Positions 1 through 16,129 of a stretch of 64,000 nucleotides of DNA are shown piece after piece. The notes below the pieces were generated by a model, which worked only from the letters and a program-made list of their open reading frames with translations, did not search any database and was not told the origin of the DNA. This DNA is from the human T2T-CHM13v2.0 reference genome, Homo sapiens. A program made the position numbers and the translations under genes. Each line of letters begins with the position of its first letter. Positions within the stretch are counted from its first letter, which is position 1. Location of the stretch: assembly GCF_009914755.1 (NCBI RefSeq), contig NC_060931.1, one strand, 5' to 3'.

Positions 1-3000
1 TCCTAAGTGTTATATTGTATTTACTTATGTATTTATTTATGCAGCTATTGTGAAAGGGGTTAAGTTCTGGATTTGATTTTCAGGATGGTCACTGTTGGTG
101 TACATTAATTTTATATCCTGAAACTTTGCTGAATTCATTTACCAGTTCTAGAAGCTTTTTGGAGGAGTCTTTAGGGTTTTCTAGGTATACAATCATATCA
201 TCAGCAAACAGTGACAGTTTGACTTCCTCTTTACTGATTTGGATGCTCTTTATTTCTTTCTCTTATCTGATTGGTCTGGCTAGCACTTCCATTACTATGT
301 TGAATAGAAGTGGTGAGAGTGGGCATCCTTGTCTTGTTCCAGCTCTGAGGGGGAATGCTTTCAACTTTTCCCCATTCAGTATAACGTTGGCTTTTAATAG
401 ATGGCTTATAATGGATGGCTTTTATTACATTAAGGTATGTCCCTTCTATGCCGATTTTCTGAGAGTTTTAATAATGAAGGGATGCTGGATTTTGTCAATG
501 CTTTTTCTGCATCTATTGAGATGATCGTATGATTTTTGTTTTTAATTCTATTTATGTGGTATATCACATTTATTGAAATCCACTTGATCATGGTGGATTA
601 TCTTTTTGACATGCTGTTGGATTCAGTTAGCTAGCATTTTGTTGAGGAGTTTTGCATCTATGTTCATCAGGGATATTGGTCGGTACTTTTCTTTATTAGT
701 TATTTCTTTTCCTGGTTTTGGTATTGGGTGATACTGGCTTCATAGAATGAGTTAGGGAGGATTCCCTATTTCTCTACCTTGTGGAATAGCGTCAACAGGA
801 TTAGCACCAATTCTTCTTTGAATGTCTGATAGAATTCAGCTGTGAATCCATCTGGTCATGGGCTTTTTATTGTGGGCAATTGTTTAATTATCATTTCAAT
901 GTCACTGCTTGTTATTGGTCTTTTCAGAGTTTCATTTTCTTCCTGGTTTAACCAAGGAGAGTTGTATATTTACAGGAATATATCCATCTCCTCTATGTTT
1001 TCTAGTTTATGTGTGTAAAGGTATTCATAGTAGCCTTGAATGATCTGTATTTCTGTGGTATTGGTTGTAATACTTCCCATTTCATTTCTAATTGAGCTTA
1101 TTTGTATCTTCTCTCTTTTTTTCTTGGTTAATCTCATTATGGCCTATCAATTTTATTTATCTTTTCAAAGAACAAGCTTTTTGTTTCATTTACCTTTTGT
1201 AGTTTTTTTGTTTCAATTTCATTTAGTTCTGCTCTGATCTTTGTTATTCTTTTCTTCTGTTGGGTTTAAGTTTGGTTTGTTCTTCTTTCTCTAGTTTCAT
1301 GAGGTGTGACCTTAGATTGTCTATTTGTGCTGTTTCAGACTTTTTCATGTAGGCATTTAAGGGTATGAACTTTCTTCTTAGCACTGCCTTTGCTGTATCC
1401 CAGAGGTTTTGATAGGTTGTGTCACTATTATTGTTCAACTCAAAAAAATTTTAATTTCCATCCTGATGTCATTGCTAAGCCAACAATCACTCAGGAGCAG
1501 ATTATTTAATGTTCATGTATTTGCACGGTTTTAGGGTTCCTTTTAGAGTTGATTTCCAATCTTCTTCCACTGTGATCTGAGAGAGTACTTGATATAATTT
1601 CTATTTTCTTAAATTTATTGAGACTTGTTTTGTGGCCTATCATATGGTCTATCTCGGAAAATGTTTCATGTGCTGATGAATAGAATATATATTTTGCAGT
1701 TGCTGGCTAAAACGTTCTGTAAATATCTGTTAAGTCCATCTGTTGTAGAGTTTAAGTCCATTGTTTCTTTGTTGACTTTCTGTCTTTATGACCTGTCCAG
1801 TGCTGTCAGTGAAGTATTGAAGTCCCCCACTATTATTGTGCTGTTTTCTATCTCATTCCTTAGGCCTAGTAGTAATTGTTTTATATATTTGGGAGCTGCA
1901 GGTTAGGTGCATACATATTTAGGATTGTGATATTTTCCTGTTGAACAAGCCCTTTTATCATTATATAATGTTCCACTTTGTCTTTTTTAACTGCTGTTGC
2001 TTTAAAGTTTGTTTTCTCTGATATAAGAATAACTACTCCTGCTCACTTTTGCGTGTCTGTTTGCATGGAATATCTTTTTCCACCCCTTTACCTTAGGTTT
2101 ATGGAAGTCCTTATGTGTTAGGTGAGTCTCTTAAAGACAGCAAATACTTGGTTGGTGAATTCTTATCCATTCAGCCATTCTGTATCTTCTAAATGGAGCA
2201 TTTAGGTCATTTACATTCAACATTAGTATTGAGATGTGAGGTACTATTCTATTCATCATGCTATTTGTTGCCTGAGTACCTTGGGGTGTGTGTGTGTGTG
2301 TGTGAATGTTTTACAGGTCCTGTAAGATTTATGTTTTAAGGAGGTTCTATTTTGGTGTATTTTGAGGATTTGTTTCAAGATTTAGAGCCGCTTTTAGCAG
2401 TTCCTGTAGTGCTGGCTTGGTAGTGGCAAATTCTCTCAGCATTTGCTTGTCTAGAAAAGACTGTATCTTTCCTTCATTTATGAAGCTTAGTTTCACTGGA
2501 TACAAAATTCTTGGCTGATAATTGTTTTGTTTAGGAGGCTAAAGATAGGACCCCAATCCCTTCTAGCTTGTAGGTTTTCTGCTGAGAAATCTGCTGTTAA
2601 TCTGGTAAGTTTTCCTTTATAGGTTACTGATGCTTTTGCCTCACGCTCTTCAGATTCTTTCCTTAGTCTTGACTTCAGATAACCTGATGATTATGTGCCT
2701 AGGTGATTATCTTTTTGTGATGAATTTCCCAGGTGTTCTTTCAGCTTCTTGTATTTGAATGTCTAGATCTTTAGCAAGGCAGGGGAAGTTTTCCTCAGTT
2801 ATTCCCTCAAATATGTTTTCCAAACTTTTAGATTTCTCTTCTTCCCCAGGATCACCAATTATTCTTAGATTTTTGTTATTTAACATAATCCCAAACTTCC
2901 TGGAGGCTTTGTTTATTTTTTAACTTTTTTCTTCGTCTTTGATGGATTGGGTTAATTCAAAGGCCGTGTTTTTGAGCTCTGAAGTTATTTCTTCTACTTG

Positions 3001-4808
3001 TTCTATTCTGTTGCTGAGGATTTTCTGTGTATTTTGCATTTTTGTAAGTGTGTCCTTCATTTCCAGAAGTTGTGATTGCTTTTTATTTATGCTATCTATT
3101 TCTCTGGAAATTTTTCCATCCATGTCCTATAACATTTTTAAAATTTCTTTGAGTTGGTATTTACTTTTCTCCGAGGCCTCCTTGAGTAGCTTAATAATTG
3201 ACCTTCTGAATTCTTTTTCTGGCAATTCAGAGATTTCTTCTTGATTTGGATCCATTGCTAATGAGCTAGTGTGATCTTTTGGGGGTGTTAAAGAACCTTG
3301 TTTTGCCATATTACCAAAATTGTTTTTCTGGTTCCTTCTCATTTGGGTAGACTACATCAGAGATCCAGTGTTCAAGGGCTATTGTTCAGATTCTTTTGTC
3401 CCATAGGGTATTACCTGGATGTGGGTGCTCAGGGATGAGGCTTCATGAGAGCCAAACTGTAGAGGTTGTTACTTCTCTTCTGGATCTAGCTGCCCAGCAG
3501 AGCTACCAGGCTCCAGGCTGCTACTGGGGAGTGTCTGCAAAGAGTCCTGTGATGTGATCCATCTTCAGTTTTCTCAGCCCTGGATACCAGCACCTGCTCT
3601 GGTAGAGATAGCAGGTGAGTAAAGTAGACTCTGTGAGGGTCCTTGGTTGCAGTTTTGTTTACTGTGCTAGTTTTGGGTTTGTTGGCCTCCAGCCAAGAGG
3701 TGGCACTTTCAAAACAGCATCAGCTGTGGTACTATAGAGAGGATACAGGCTTACCCTAGTGTCACCTGGAAAAGTTTCTCAGGTAGTTGGTGTGGCCATA
3801 CAGCTCCCAAGAGATTATGTCCTTTGTCTTCAGCTACCAGGGTGGGTAGAGAAAGACCATAAGTTTGGGGCAGGGTAAGGCATGTCTGAGCTCAGACTCT
3901 CCTCAGGCAGTGCTTGCTGAGGCTGCTGTGGGGAATGGGGGTGTCATTTTCAGGCCAATGGAGTTATATTCCCAGGGTGATTATGGCTGCCTCTGCTGCA
4001 TCATGCAGGTTGCCAGGGAAGTGGAGGAAAGCCAGCAGTTACAGCCCCCACCTAGCTCTCACCCAGCTCCCACACAGCCCAAAAGGCCGGTCTTACTTTC
4101 ACCGTGCCAACCCCCCCAACAGCACCAGGTTTATTTCCAGGCAGTGGGTAAGCAGGGCTGAGGATTTGTCCCAGGCTCCAGGCCTTCCTGCTGGGAAAGC
4201 AAGTAGGGCTTTCAGGTTTCATGCCTTCCTGCCTGCCACAACTTCTGTGCTGTTTCTGCGCTCCCAGTTCACCCTCTCACCCAGATTCTGTCCAGGAAAC
4301 TTCATGTTTGGTTGAAATTGTTACAAAGTTCAGCTGGAGGTTTCCTTCTCCCTGTAGTCTTTCCCCAATTCCACTGGTATCCCTTCCCAAGGACCCCTGT
4401 GAGACAAAGTCAGAAATGGCTTCCCTGGGAACAAAGAGTGCCCACATGCTCTTCCCACTGCTTCGTCTACCCCTGTATTTCACTCAGCTCTCTATGTTTA
4501 TCTCAGCTCCAGGTAAGGTCAAATCCTTCTCCCATGATCTGGACCTTCAGGTTCCCCAGTGAGGATGTGTGTTCAGGGGCAGACGATCCCCCTTTCACAC
4601 CTTCACACTTTGGGCACTCACAGTTTTTTGGATGTCTCCCAGAGCCTGCACTTCCTTCAAAGGGTCTGTGGATTCTCTCGACTTTCCTGGTGTATTCCTG
4701 CACTAGTTCTTGGAGCAAAAGTTCACAGTGTGAGTCTCCACACACTGCTCTGTCCATCCAAGTGGGAGGTGTAAGTTAGTCCTGCCACCTATCCATCATT
4801 TTCCTCAC
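1..4808 (-). mobile_element. LINE-1, L1PB/L1PBa-type; 5'UTR, ORF1 and 5' part of ORF2, degenerate, continues off the left edge
   Basis: ORF1 start MRRNQKNN (3342, minus); ORF2 fragments such as [16 protein letters not shown] (1244-1438); L1PBa-like 5' end near 4800; (TG)n in the inter-ORF spacer at ~2286-2304. Confidence 0.9.
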
Positions 4809-5719
4809 AAAACTTTTGAAAAACTGTTTGAACTTTGGAAACTACTGAACAATAAAATCTATATTTGTTGTGGGCTTGCCCTAATAAAAGTTTGTAAGTC
4901 ACTTTTAATTCCTTTCTTAAAAATAATTGCATAGCTAATAATCCTTGATGTTTAACCAACTGCAGAACTTGAATTGTCAATATTTTTATAGTATCTATAC
5001 CTAGAAAGGCTTATGGAAAACAATAAGGAAACAGCTGTTTTCAAGTCCTCATTAGAACTTAATTTTAGGAATCTTTACACATTCTGATGCAATTTTTACT
5101 CTAGCAGCCTAACTACCATGTGTATTTTATGAAACTCCAAATGTTGGCATTTTATCCTGTATTTGAGAAAAAGCATTAAATAATTTATTTTACACTTCTT
5201 TCAAGTTTTACCTGCTTAGAGTCTAATAGTCTTTCTTTAAAGGCAACAGAGAAACATCATGATTTTTTAAATGAGATAAATGTTCCAATGGCAAATACAC
5301 TATAACCATTATTCTGCTACTATTCATAAGTGTTTCCCTACTACACAGCCAGTGTCTGGTACAACAGGAAACTGTTAATGTGATTTTCATTTGTTCCTTG
5401 AATATCTCCAGCTGAATATGTGAGATTTTTTTTCCTTAATCTTGGTCCTATTTAGTTTGGGAGGTTTTGTTTATTTCTTTGATTTTCAGTTGTGGTGGGG
5501 TTTTTTTAGCTAAGATATAGCAAATAATGTTAAAAGATGGATTTTGATGGGTATAATTTTTTCTTAATGAAATCTACAAACCAAGTAACTGAATTTTTAA
5601 ATCAGCCATTCTGGATATCTTCTGCTAGTGTTTTAAAGCCTCAGATATTTAGGTGGAAAAGTCTAGAAAGAATAACATTATATAAAAGGATTCAATTATA
5701 ATCAACATTTTTCTTGTCG

Positions 5720-6690
5720 CCCATATACTCACTTCTTCCCTTGCCCAGCCTAAATTCCACAGTCAATCACTAAAGCATTGTCCTGCATGACACTCAATTC
5801 CCTACTCCACTCTCTCTTCTCTTAGTCACTTGGCAAAACTTCAACCCTCATTAAATTCTACTCTGTCTGCTCTATGTGGCTGATTGATCTCACTTTAAAT
5901 TCATGACCACTAAACCCCAGTGGGCCCACTATGCTACTTTGTAATCACAGTATATTTCCTATTCAAGTAATTGTCCCACTCTCCTAGGCAACTGCCTCAT
6001 AATCTCTCCTCAATCTTCTAGCACCTTCTCCTTTATCCTCACTCTTAGCTGATAACCTTGGTTCCTATTTCAATTAAAGAGCCAAAGAGATTATTTTAAA
6101 ACATCAGTCAGATGCTTACAACCTTCCAGTGGCTCCTTCCCTCTCATAGTAAATGCCAAAGTCTTTACGATGACCTGCATGACCTGACACTATTACATCT
6201 CTGATCTCATCTTCTATACTTACCCCTCTTTTATTGCTCCTTCCTTATTGACCCCTTTGTTGTTCAGTTAATACATTAAGTTCTCTCCTACCTCTGGGCC
6301 TTTGCACCTGCCATTTCCTCTGCCTAGAACGCTCTTCCCCTGTATATATTTTTATGGCTCACTCCTTTGCTTCCTTTCTCTTTAAATATCACCTTCTCAA
6401 TGAGGTCTCCTCTGACCCTTTTATTTAAATTTGAATCCCTTCATTCACCCTGGAACTCCCTCTACCCTTTTCCTGCTTTATTTTTTGCCACAGCACTTAT
6501 CACCATCTGCATACTGTATGCTTTACTCATTTATTTTGTTTTTTGCCTATATCCATCTACTAGAACATAAGTTTTGGCCTATGGGCCAGAATTATAGCCT
6601 ATTTTGTCCACTGTTGAAACTCTAGCACTTGAAACTACTTTATACCTACTGGGTGCTTAAGCAATATTTGTTGAATGAATGAATAAATAA
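5720..6690 (+). mobile_element. L2 LINE 3' fragment
   Basis: Typical L2 3' sequence ending ...aatatttgttgaatgaatgaat at ~6685. Confidence 0.75.
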
Positions 6691-6845
6691 AATACCTTTA
6701 TTAAAGGAGGTGTGTCGAAACTTCACCTGTTGGCTTGCTAGTTTATGTCAGGTTGTTCTCTCTGTAATCGTTAAAAACAAGCACTTAAATCCACATTTGT
6801 ATTTGGTCAGTAAAATTACAAAAATAATCTTACTTTTAAGATTAA

Positions 6846-7580
<735 letters not shown>

Positions 7581-7608
7581 CTTGTTAGTCAAAATGACAT
7601 CCCTAGGC

Positions 7609-7610
<2 letters not shown>

Positions 7611-7659
<49 letters not shown>

Positions 7660-7672
7660 ATATATATATATA
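7611..7672. repeat. (TG)n(TA)n compound microsatellite
   Basis: Seen directly. Confidence 0.95.
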
Positions 7673-9051
7673 TCTTATCTCCAAAATGTATTATACCATA
7701 AATCACTCAAAGTGTTTTCTTATGTCTATTTTTAAAGATAGCATTACATCGTATAGATCTATATTATTAATACATACAATCTGGGGTGTTGGGTTAGAGA
7801 TTTTAATTGAATAGTGATTCAGGGAATTTTGTGAAGGAAAAAAAAGTGAGATCAATTTTCCCCTTGCAGACTTTAGTAGGTAATACTAATGTCATATATC
7901 TTACTTGCTTTATAAATCATGTTTTAAGTTCCCTATTACATCTAAGTATTTAGAAAAACAATCCACCAAAGCACTGGGGGAATAAACCCTCAAATTCAAA
8001 TCATTAAAATGAAATCTGTCTCTGAATGTTTGAAAGGATTTACAGTAAAAATATCAGTTTGATATTGTCAATGAAAGGTATCATTCATGAACCTGAAGGA
8101 GGAAAATGGCACGCAGAGTTGGGAAACTTTACAAAATTTAAAGCTGCTATAAGGGCAAGGGACTTGGGAGATTATTAATTTGCTGTAGCTAAATTCAGAT
8201 ACAAGCTTTTCTTTGTTATTTGACTTCTGGTGCCATTTTTTTATCGTCAAAATTAACCGAGTAACAGCCACTAGAATTTTTTATTTAAATTTATTAGCTG
8301 CATAAGCTAGCTAAAAATATGAAAGTTTTAAGACAAATTAGTTGATTTGAATGTCAACTACAATGACAGGGCCTGCTTGTTTTTCATTACACTGCTATGT
8401 TGCATTTGATAACCATATGAAAAGTAGCTAAATTGTTGTGCCTTCTACACAAAACATCGTCTGTTGATTCCAGAATATACAGAGCTACATGGGGAAGGCA
8501 GTGTGTTGAGCTGAGAGAGGCAGCTTCTGCCTTCTTATAGCACTTACAGATGGAGCCATCCGATTCAGCCACCATCTTCCATTACTTATAGTTTTGTGGG
8601 CACACATCTTATCTCCCCAGGACTGTACCTAGAGCAGTTCTGGGAGTTTCCTATTTCTTCTAAGAGGCTATAACTTCCTTAAGATTAGGACCATGACTGA
8701 GTCACCTTTATAAATCTCACAAAACCAGTTACATTAAAGGCATGGATGCCTATGTTCCCAATTAAACAATAAGCCCTTGAAAGGACAGAACATCTAGTCT
8801 GATTAATCTTAAGTACAGTGTCTTAAACCTAGTTGGCAATAAATAAATATTGACTCTATTTTGAATAAATTGCTGAAGAATGAATGAATGAATGAATGGC
8901 AAATACTCTGCAACCCCTTGATAAGTGATAGCAAGGAATACTTTCTGTATAGCAAAGCAACTTTGTAGTCCAAGCCCCCCTATCTCTACTACCTCCTCCA
9001 AAGATGGAAAAATCAGAACTACCTGTGCTTCAGTAACTTCAACATAACTAG

Positions 9052-9466
<415 letters not shown>

Positions 9467-9749
9467 TAAGCAAAAACCCTATTGGCCACTAGATGGCACT
9501 TGTATTAGCCGTATCTCTAATTTGAGTAGAGACTCTAAAAGTCCTTTGGTAAATATGTAGCTTGAAACATTGAAAGCATTCATTTAAAAATAAATAAAGA
9601 TAAAAGACCCTTTCCAGCAAACTTATAAAGGCTAATTAAATTTATAGTATGTATATAGTATTGTAATTTTCTAATATGATGTAATCTTACACAATACTAA
9701 ACTACACTAGATTAAAATGTACTATACTATACCATGCTATACTTTGTTG

Positions 9750-9930
9750 CAGTATTTTTCAAACTGTGGTTCTGGAAGCCTGTACAAAATAAATGTGGGA
9801 TTCAGGGCTTCATCCTAGACCTACAAAATCCAAACCTTTACATGAAGCCCAGAAAACTGCATTTTAGTAAGCTCCCAAGGGATTTCTTGCAGAATAATTT
9901 CTACAGAATATAACACCACTTAAGACCACT
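9750..9930. mobile_element. MER5A-like hAT DNA transposon relic
   Basis: Termini cagtatttttcaaact...aagaccact and internal gcattttagtaagctccc. A second copy lies at ~13215-13385. Confidence 0.6.
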
Positions 9931-10489
9931 TTCCTATGAGAAAGTCATTTACGATTTCTACTATTTACTAATATTTACTACTAACAATTTCTATCTTCTT
10001 ATTACATAAGAGATTCCCTATCCTTACCAATACTCCACATTCCCAGTAATGGTTTGTCACAGCCTCCAACAGAGCTCAGGTGAAAATAAGAGAAGTTGAG
10101 GAAGAGGACTGAGATTTCCAGAGGCATGGATACAAAGATAATAGGCATTGGTGTGCCAGAACCTCCTGCCACTGTAAGACTACAGGGACACTCCTTGTGT
10201 ATACCCACTTCTCTGCCTTCCTTCTCTTTCTCAGGCCAGTACCACCCCACTCCCAGCTACCTATTTCTCTGCTATCTCCCAGTGACTTGAGTACAATTTC
10301 TCTCCTCTCCCCACCTGACTACAAAATAGGCCCCAGCTCACAGCCTCTCCCCTCTGTCCCTGAAGCTCATATCTAAAGCTAGTCTGATTTCCTTTTTATC
10401 AGCAGCCAAGAGAAATAAATAGCAGCAAAAAAAACAACAAAAAACAAAACAAAAAAAACTCTCCTCTGCATTGCCTAATTCACTGTAGG

Positions 10490-10676
10490 TAGAATTAGCC
10501 AAATAAAATTTGGGACATCCAGTTAAAGTTGAATTTTAACAAATAATTTTCTTAGTATAAGTATGTCCCAAATAATTGCATCAGACATAGTTATACCAAA
10601 AAATTATACATTTTTGCCTGAAATGCAAATTTAACTGGATATCTTATATTTTTATTTGCAAAATCTGACAACTCTA
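10490..10676. mobile_element. MER53 palindromic hAT element
   Basis: Imperfect palindrome (ccagttaaagttgaattt / aaatgcaaatttaactgg; tataagtatgtc / gacatagttata), with ctgtagg on both flanks. Confidence 0.8.
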
Positions 10677-10926
10677 GCTGTAGGAGAGAAGGAAAGAATA
10701 CAGAGGTGGTTAGGTGATAATGGCACGGTTTTGGGTACTTAAAGGACTGCAATGAGAATCATCTACACGTCAGGAAATCCAGATTCAAACTCCTGTGAGC
10801 ATCTCACCTCAGAAGCAGAGGCTCTGCTCAAGATGAAATGGAGCCTCCCAAAACTACAGATGGTATCAGTGTTGAGACAGGTAATACTATCATATATAAC
10901 AATCTAGGAAACAGTGGAGAAAATAC

Positions 10927-11682
10927 TGAAATGGGAGAGTTCCCTCACAGGACAGGCAACAAGGGTGTGGCTCATCTGTTCAGCGCTCAAACCCCTTACA
11001 GGAGGGGGAGTGTGCAGACGGCAGGTGCAGGAGCACAGGCTCCCGCTCCTGGGCTCTGGCCCCACAACATCATCCAGGAGTGGGAGCCTGCGACTCCTGA
11101 AGCCCATGTGGGTGTGTGCTACAGTGTGCTCTTTTAGCCTTGCCATCCGCAGATGGTTTGTTAAAAAGGTCGGTGCCCTCTTGGTACCCAGGTCCTTGTC
11201 CGGCGTCCAGGAAGAATCAGGTCGCACACCGACTTAAGGATGGTGAATGCAGGGGTTTTACTGAGCAGGGGAAGTGGCTGTCAGTGGGATAGATGGGGAG
11301 CTGAAAGGGATGATGGAGTGAAAAGATGATCTTCCCCTGGAGTTTGGCCATCCTGGGGCCAATCTCCTCTCTGCCTGTCCCCAGCCAATCTCTCGACGTT
11401 CAAAACGCTCCTTCTCTTCTCTTCTTCTCTGCCATACCATTCTGTGATTCTTCTGCTCTTCTGTTTGTCTCCTCATATGCTTGTCTGCTCATGGATCCTG
11501 GGGTTTGGGATTTATATGGGTACAGGTTAGGCAGGCATGGCAGGCCAAAAGGCAACTTTTGGGCACGAAAACAAAAATGCCTGTTCACATTTAGGGCCAT
11601 GGGTTTCCAGGCTTGAGGGTGGGGCCTTTGCCAGAGAACTGCCCTCTTCTACCCAGTATTTCCCTTTCTCCTGTTCATATCA
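10927..11682 (-). mobile_element. MER50-family solo LTR (ERV1)
   Basis: TG...CA termini; 4-bp TSD ATAC (10923-10926 / 11683-11686); homologous to 21314-22068 in the opposite orientation. Confidence 0.85.
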
Positions 11683-12215
11683 ATACCAAGGTACACCACA
11701 TATAGTAAGAATAATTATTGTTTCCTCAACAACAGGTATGAAATTTTTGTATTTGTGTATATGTATGGTATTGAGTCACTGTGTAAAATATATTTCTTTT
11801 GGGAGTACAGTCCAAAAAGTTTTATAAAGACTGCTCTGAGCCTCTTAGCAAAGGCAGCTATCCTCAGTGACTGCCTGACTGTAAGAACATACATAAATTG
11901 GGAAATATCTATAGTATGTTAGCTTATTTTTTTGAGCAGTTCCTACTCCCTAGCACATATCTTTGATATGAGCAATCCTGAAGAATAGTCTACTGTGACA
12001 GAGACTGGCTCTGTTCTTTCTTTAAAATGTATCACAGCTCCCAGATGCCTTGCAATTTGGTGGGCTCGTGTGACTGGCTGTCACCAGCAGTGTGGAGGAG
12101 GGGGTGATGTGTGTCACCTCCAGGTGGTTAAGAGCTTGTGTAACTTCTCCCCATCGTGTCTGAAGGCTGGATGCAGCCAAAATTTCAATGCTTTAGAAGG
12201 TAGCAGAATGATTCA

Positions 12216-12703
<488 letters not shown>

Positions 12704-12861
12704 CTAAGGCCAGGATAGTGAATAATAAATTATACACATCTGATACCCTTCAAAGTAATCTTAAATAAGAATGCAATCTTATGTGCAGTTAGTTTAACCT
12801 ATCTTTCTTGATAGTGGGATTAACTCTTCTCTAAATAAGTAATTTATAAAAGTAACTCAAA

Positions 12862-13030
12862 AGCCAAGGTCAGTGATATTCACCTGTAATTCCAACTACT
12901 TGGGAGGCTGAGGTGGGAGGATCACTTGAGCCCAGGAATTCAAGCCTATAGTGCACAATTGTTGAGTTTGTGAATAGCCACTGCACTCTAGCCTGGGCAA
13001 TGTAGCGAGACCCTGTCTCTAAAAAATTGT
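12862..13030 (+). mobile_element. Old Alu monomer (FAM/FRAM-like)
   Basis: cctgtaattccaactacttgggaggctgagg...gcgagaccctgtctctaaaaaa. Confidence 0.75.
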
Positions 13031-13691
13031 TAGATAAAAAGTAAATGCGACTCAAAGTGAATGCAGTTAATTTATGTTACTGCCTATCTTAAATCCTTAC
13101 TACCTCCAGGATAAGATCCGAACACCTCAGCATATCATGCTTTCCCTTGCTTATCTCCCTTGCCTCTGTCTCTACTTCCCCAGCCTCTCACACTGAAGCA
13201 ATTCTGAATTACTCGCAGGTTGTACTTGTAACCTAAAAAGCTTATTTAAAATACAGATGTCTAGAGTCTGGTGCTAAGAGTCTTGTTCAGTAGAGCTGGG
13301 GTGGGAAACTAACCTCTACATTTTAATAAATATCTCAGGTGACTCTGATGCAGGTGAATTACAGATCACCTTTTGAGAAATGCTGATGACAACAAATGAT
13401 AAAAATAATACTAGGAGATGTTTTACATGACAATTTTAATAAGAAAAAAAGCTAAAAATTGCATTTATTTTGATTATTTTTAAATACATAGACTAGTTAC
13501 TCATTTTATTTATGCAAAAAGTTATAAAAGTAAGTAGGGACACTTCATTTCTAAAATATCTACTGAATTTATTTCTAAGATAATGAGTAAAGCAATTTTC
13601 CACTTTGATTAAGAAAAGTACTAATCATTGTAACTTCCACTGCTGTGCTTTTAAAAATTATGAATCTGTATATTCAAAAGTAAAATATTGA

Positions 13692-13825
13692 CTGGATTTG
13701 GTGGCTCATGCCTATAATCCCAGCATTTTGGGAGGCTGAGGTGGGAGGTTCGCTTGAGGCCAGGGGTTTGACATTAGCCTGGGCAACACAGCGAGATCCC
13801 CTCTCTAAAACAAACAAACAAAAAA
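13692..13825 (+). mobile_element. FLAM-type Alu monomer
   Basis: gtggctcatgcctataatcccagc...gcaacacagcgagatccc followed by an A-rich tail. Confidence 0.8.
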
Positions 13826-16129
13826 GATCAATTTCTATATTTATTAGGCTGATTTGAAAAAAATAATAGTAGTAATATAAATAGATAATATTACCATTTG
13901 AATCATCAGGACTAAACAATCATGGGTTATATTTAATAGGGAAAAAACAGTCTCTAGCTGCCACACCTCACAGATAGAGTCAAAGAAAAATTCATTTTTC
14001 AAAATTAATTTTAATCAGGAGGATAGTTCCACATACGTGAGTTATTCAATGTCCCATTGCAACTTCTTGACCATTGGTTTAGTTCCCAGAGCTAGACTCG
14101 TTTTAGTGAAATTTGGAACCATAGATCTAAACTTTCATATCTTACTTCAATCCACAGTGAGACTTTTTGCAAATCACTCCCCGTCTCTTTTTACACTCCT
14201 CATCTATTAAACAGGACTAACAATTGCCAATAACCTTAAGTCTGAAAAAATATATATACTATAATCATATCTCTAACAAAATTTGAGATCTTAGGAATAA
14301 ATCACTGGATATAAATACAAAATGTAATTATCCTGAAAGCTTTCCCTATTGCAGTATTGGTAGAGTACATATTTCAAACACAAATATTTAAAAAGGTTAT
14401 TCTCATCATTAACATTAATAAATATTTACTGAGGTGCCTATCGGGTATTTGGCAATGCACTAGTGAGCAATCTTACATCAAGTTTGAAATAGATTCACAT
14501 TGCAGAGAAATATATAACCTAAATTAGAGTCTCAGAAATTGGAGACTGGCCAGGTTCTCTCCTCTAGGAAAAAAAGAATTCAAACACATGAAGAGCTAAC
14601 TGAGCACTGGACACAAATATCAACAGCTGAGCTGAACCACTTCCTTGGCTACTAGTCCTACAAGCATCACTCTCAGATTTCTTCTATAAAGAGATACAAC
14701 CATAATCCACAAGTAACTGAAAGAACACCTCCTCTGAAGTCTGGGACTTTCTTCTCTGAAGTTTCTGAACTACATCAGCTCTTTACCACAGCCCTCTATG
14801 CCTGCTGGCCCAAAGAAATCTGTTCTAATAAAACCTCAAGCCTCCCCACTGAGTATCCTCTATTTAGAATTCCAGAGTTGGCTTCTGAGATTAAGAACTC
14901 TTTTAACCCATTTGTAAAAATTTAGTCAAGACAGGATATAACATGTTGCACAGTAATTACACCAAGAATTCCGTGTCAAAGGCTCAAAATCTCATTTTAC
15001 TTTTTATACATCTTGGGACCTGCAAAAGTGACTTCACTTCTCTGGAACTCTTTTCTCTCATCTAGAAAATGTAAAGATGAATACTAACCTGCTTTGATCA
15101 AAAGCTTGTTACATGGGGGAAAAAATACATTTGTAAAGGTCTTTGGAAAATACAAAGAGCTATAGAAATGTTAGATAATAAAGGTTTTGTCCAAGCAAGA
15201 CTGGAATGGCTACTTCTCCTCATTTTGACCTTCTGTTGAACTCACCTTCCTCTTCAGGCTACAAAAGAAGGAACCCTATATTTCCTCTCTAAGGAAGTTT
15301 TTAAAATACATTTTAAAATGCCTTTTATATTCATGTTTCAAGTTCTGCTGGAACTGGCTTTTCCCCCCCCATTATATATACAAGATAATGAGGAATTCAG
15401 AAGAACCACCTGCTGATGAAAACATTCACAAGCTGGCCTGCTGCCCAGCAAGGATGAGTCCAATCCATAAGCAACTGGAGAAATCTGCCTCCTTTAACAC
15501 AAGCAGTCGGGTCCCTAATCTTGCATCACAGACTTTAGGCTCTCAGCTCTTAAACAAATTCTCACAGAATGAGAATACCTCTCCCAAGAAATTTGAGTTT
15601 CGAATTGGTTGAATTCCTTACCTCTTGGGAGCTTTTCCTTCTCTGATTTGTGTCCTGAAAATAATTCTTTTATTTCTATTACAAAGCATTTTTGCATATT
15701 TTGGTACATGAACAACCAATACCGATGGAGAAGAGTACCACTTTAATGAATTCACACATAGGTATGAAATTATCTGTCTACTGAAGTAGACAGGTGCCCT
15801 CAAGACGAGATGATGAAAAACAAATGCTCTTCCTTATTCCCAAATTTTACAGTCATTCTGTTTTGTTTACGATGGCAATGAGGAGAAATTGTCCAGCCAA
15901 AAGACTTTCAACATCTTATTTCACCCATCCTGAAACAAAGTAAAAGCATAAAATATAAAAATAAAATACAATTCTGAGTTCTAAAGAAAGGTATTGCCTT
16001 AATCCCTTTTACCAGTCCAGAAGTGCTAGATTAATGCTTGATAATACTTGTCATTGTTTTGTGTGAATACTTTGAAAAAAAGTAAAAAAGAAAAACACTA
16101 TACAAATCCTATGGCAATATATTACAGCA

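Noticed and set aside
126-4779. Cluster of ORFs up to 155 aa
   Set aside because: Sense or antisense frames of the degenerate L1PB element and its GC-richer 5'UTR.
15774-15793. 9-bp-stem hairpin ctgtctact-ga-agtagacag
   Set aside because: Short and isolated; plausible by chance in 64 kb.
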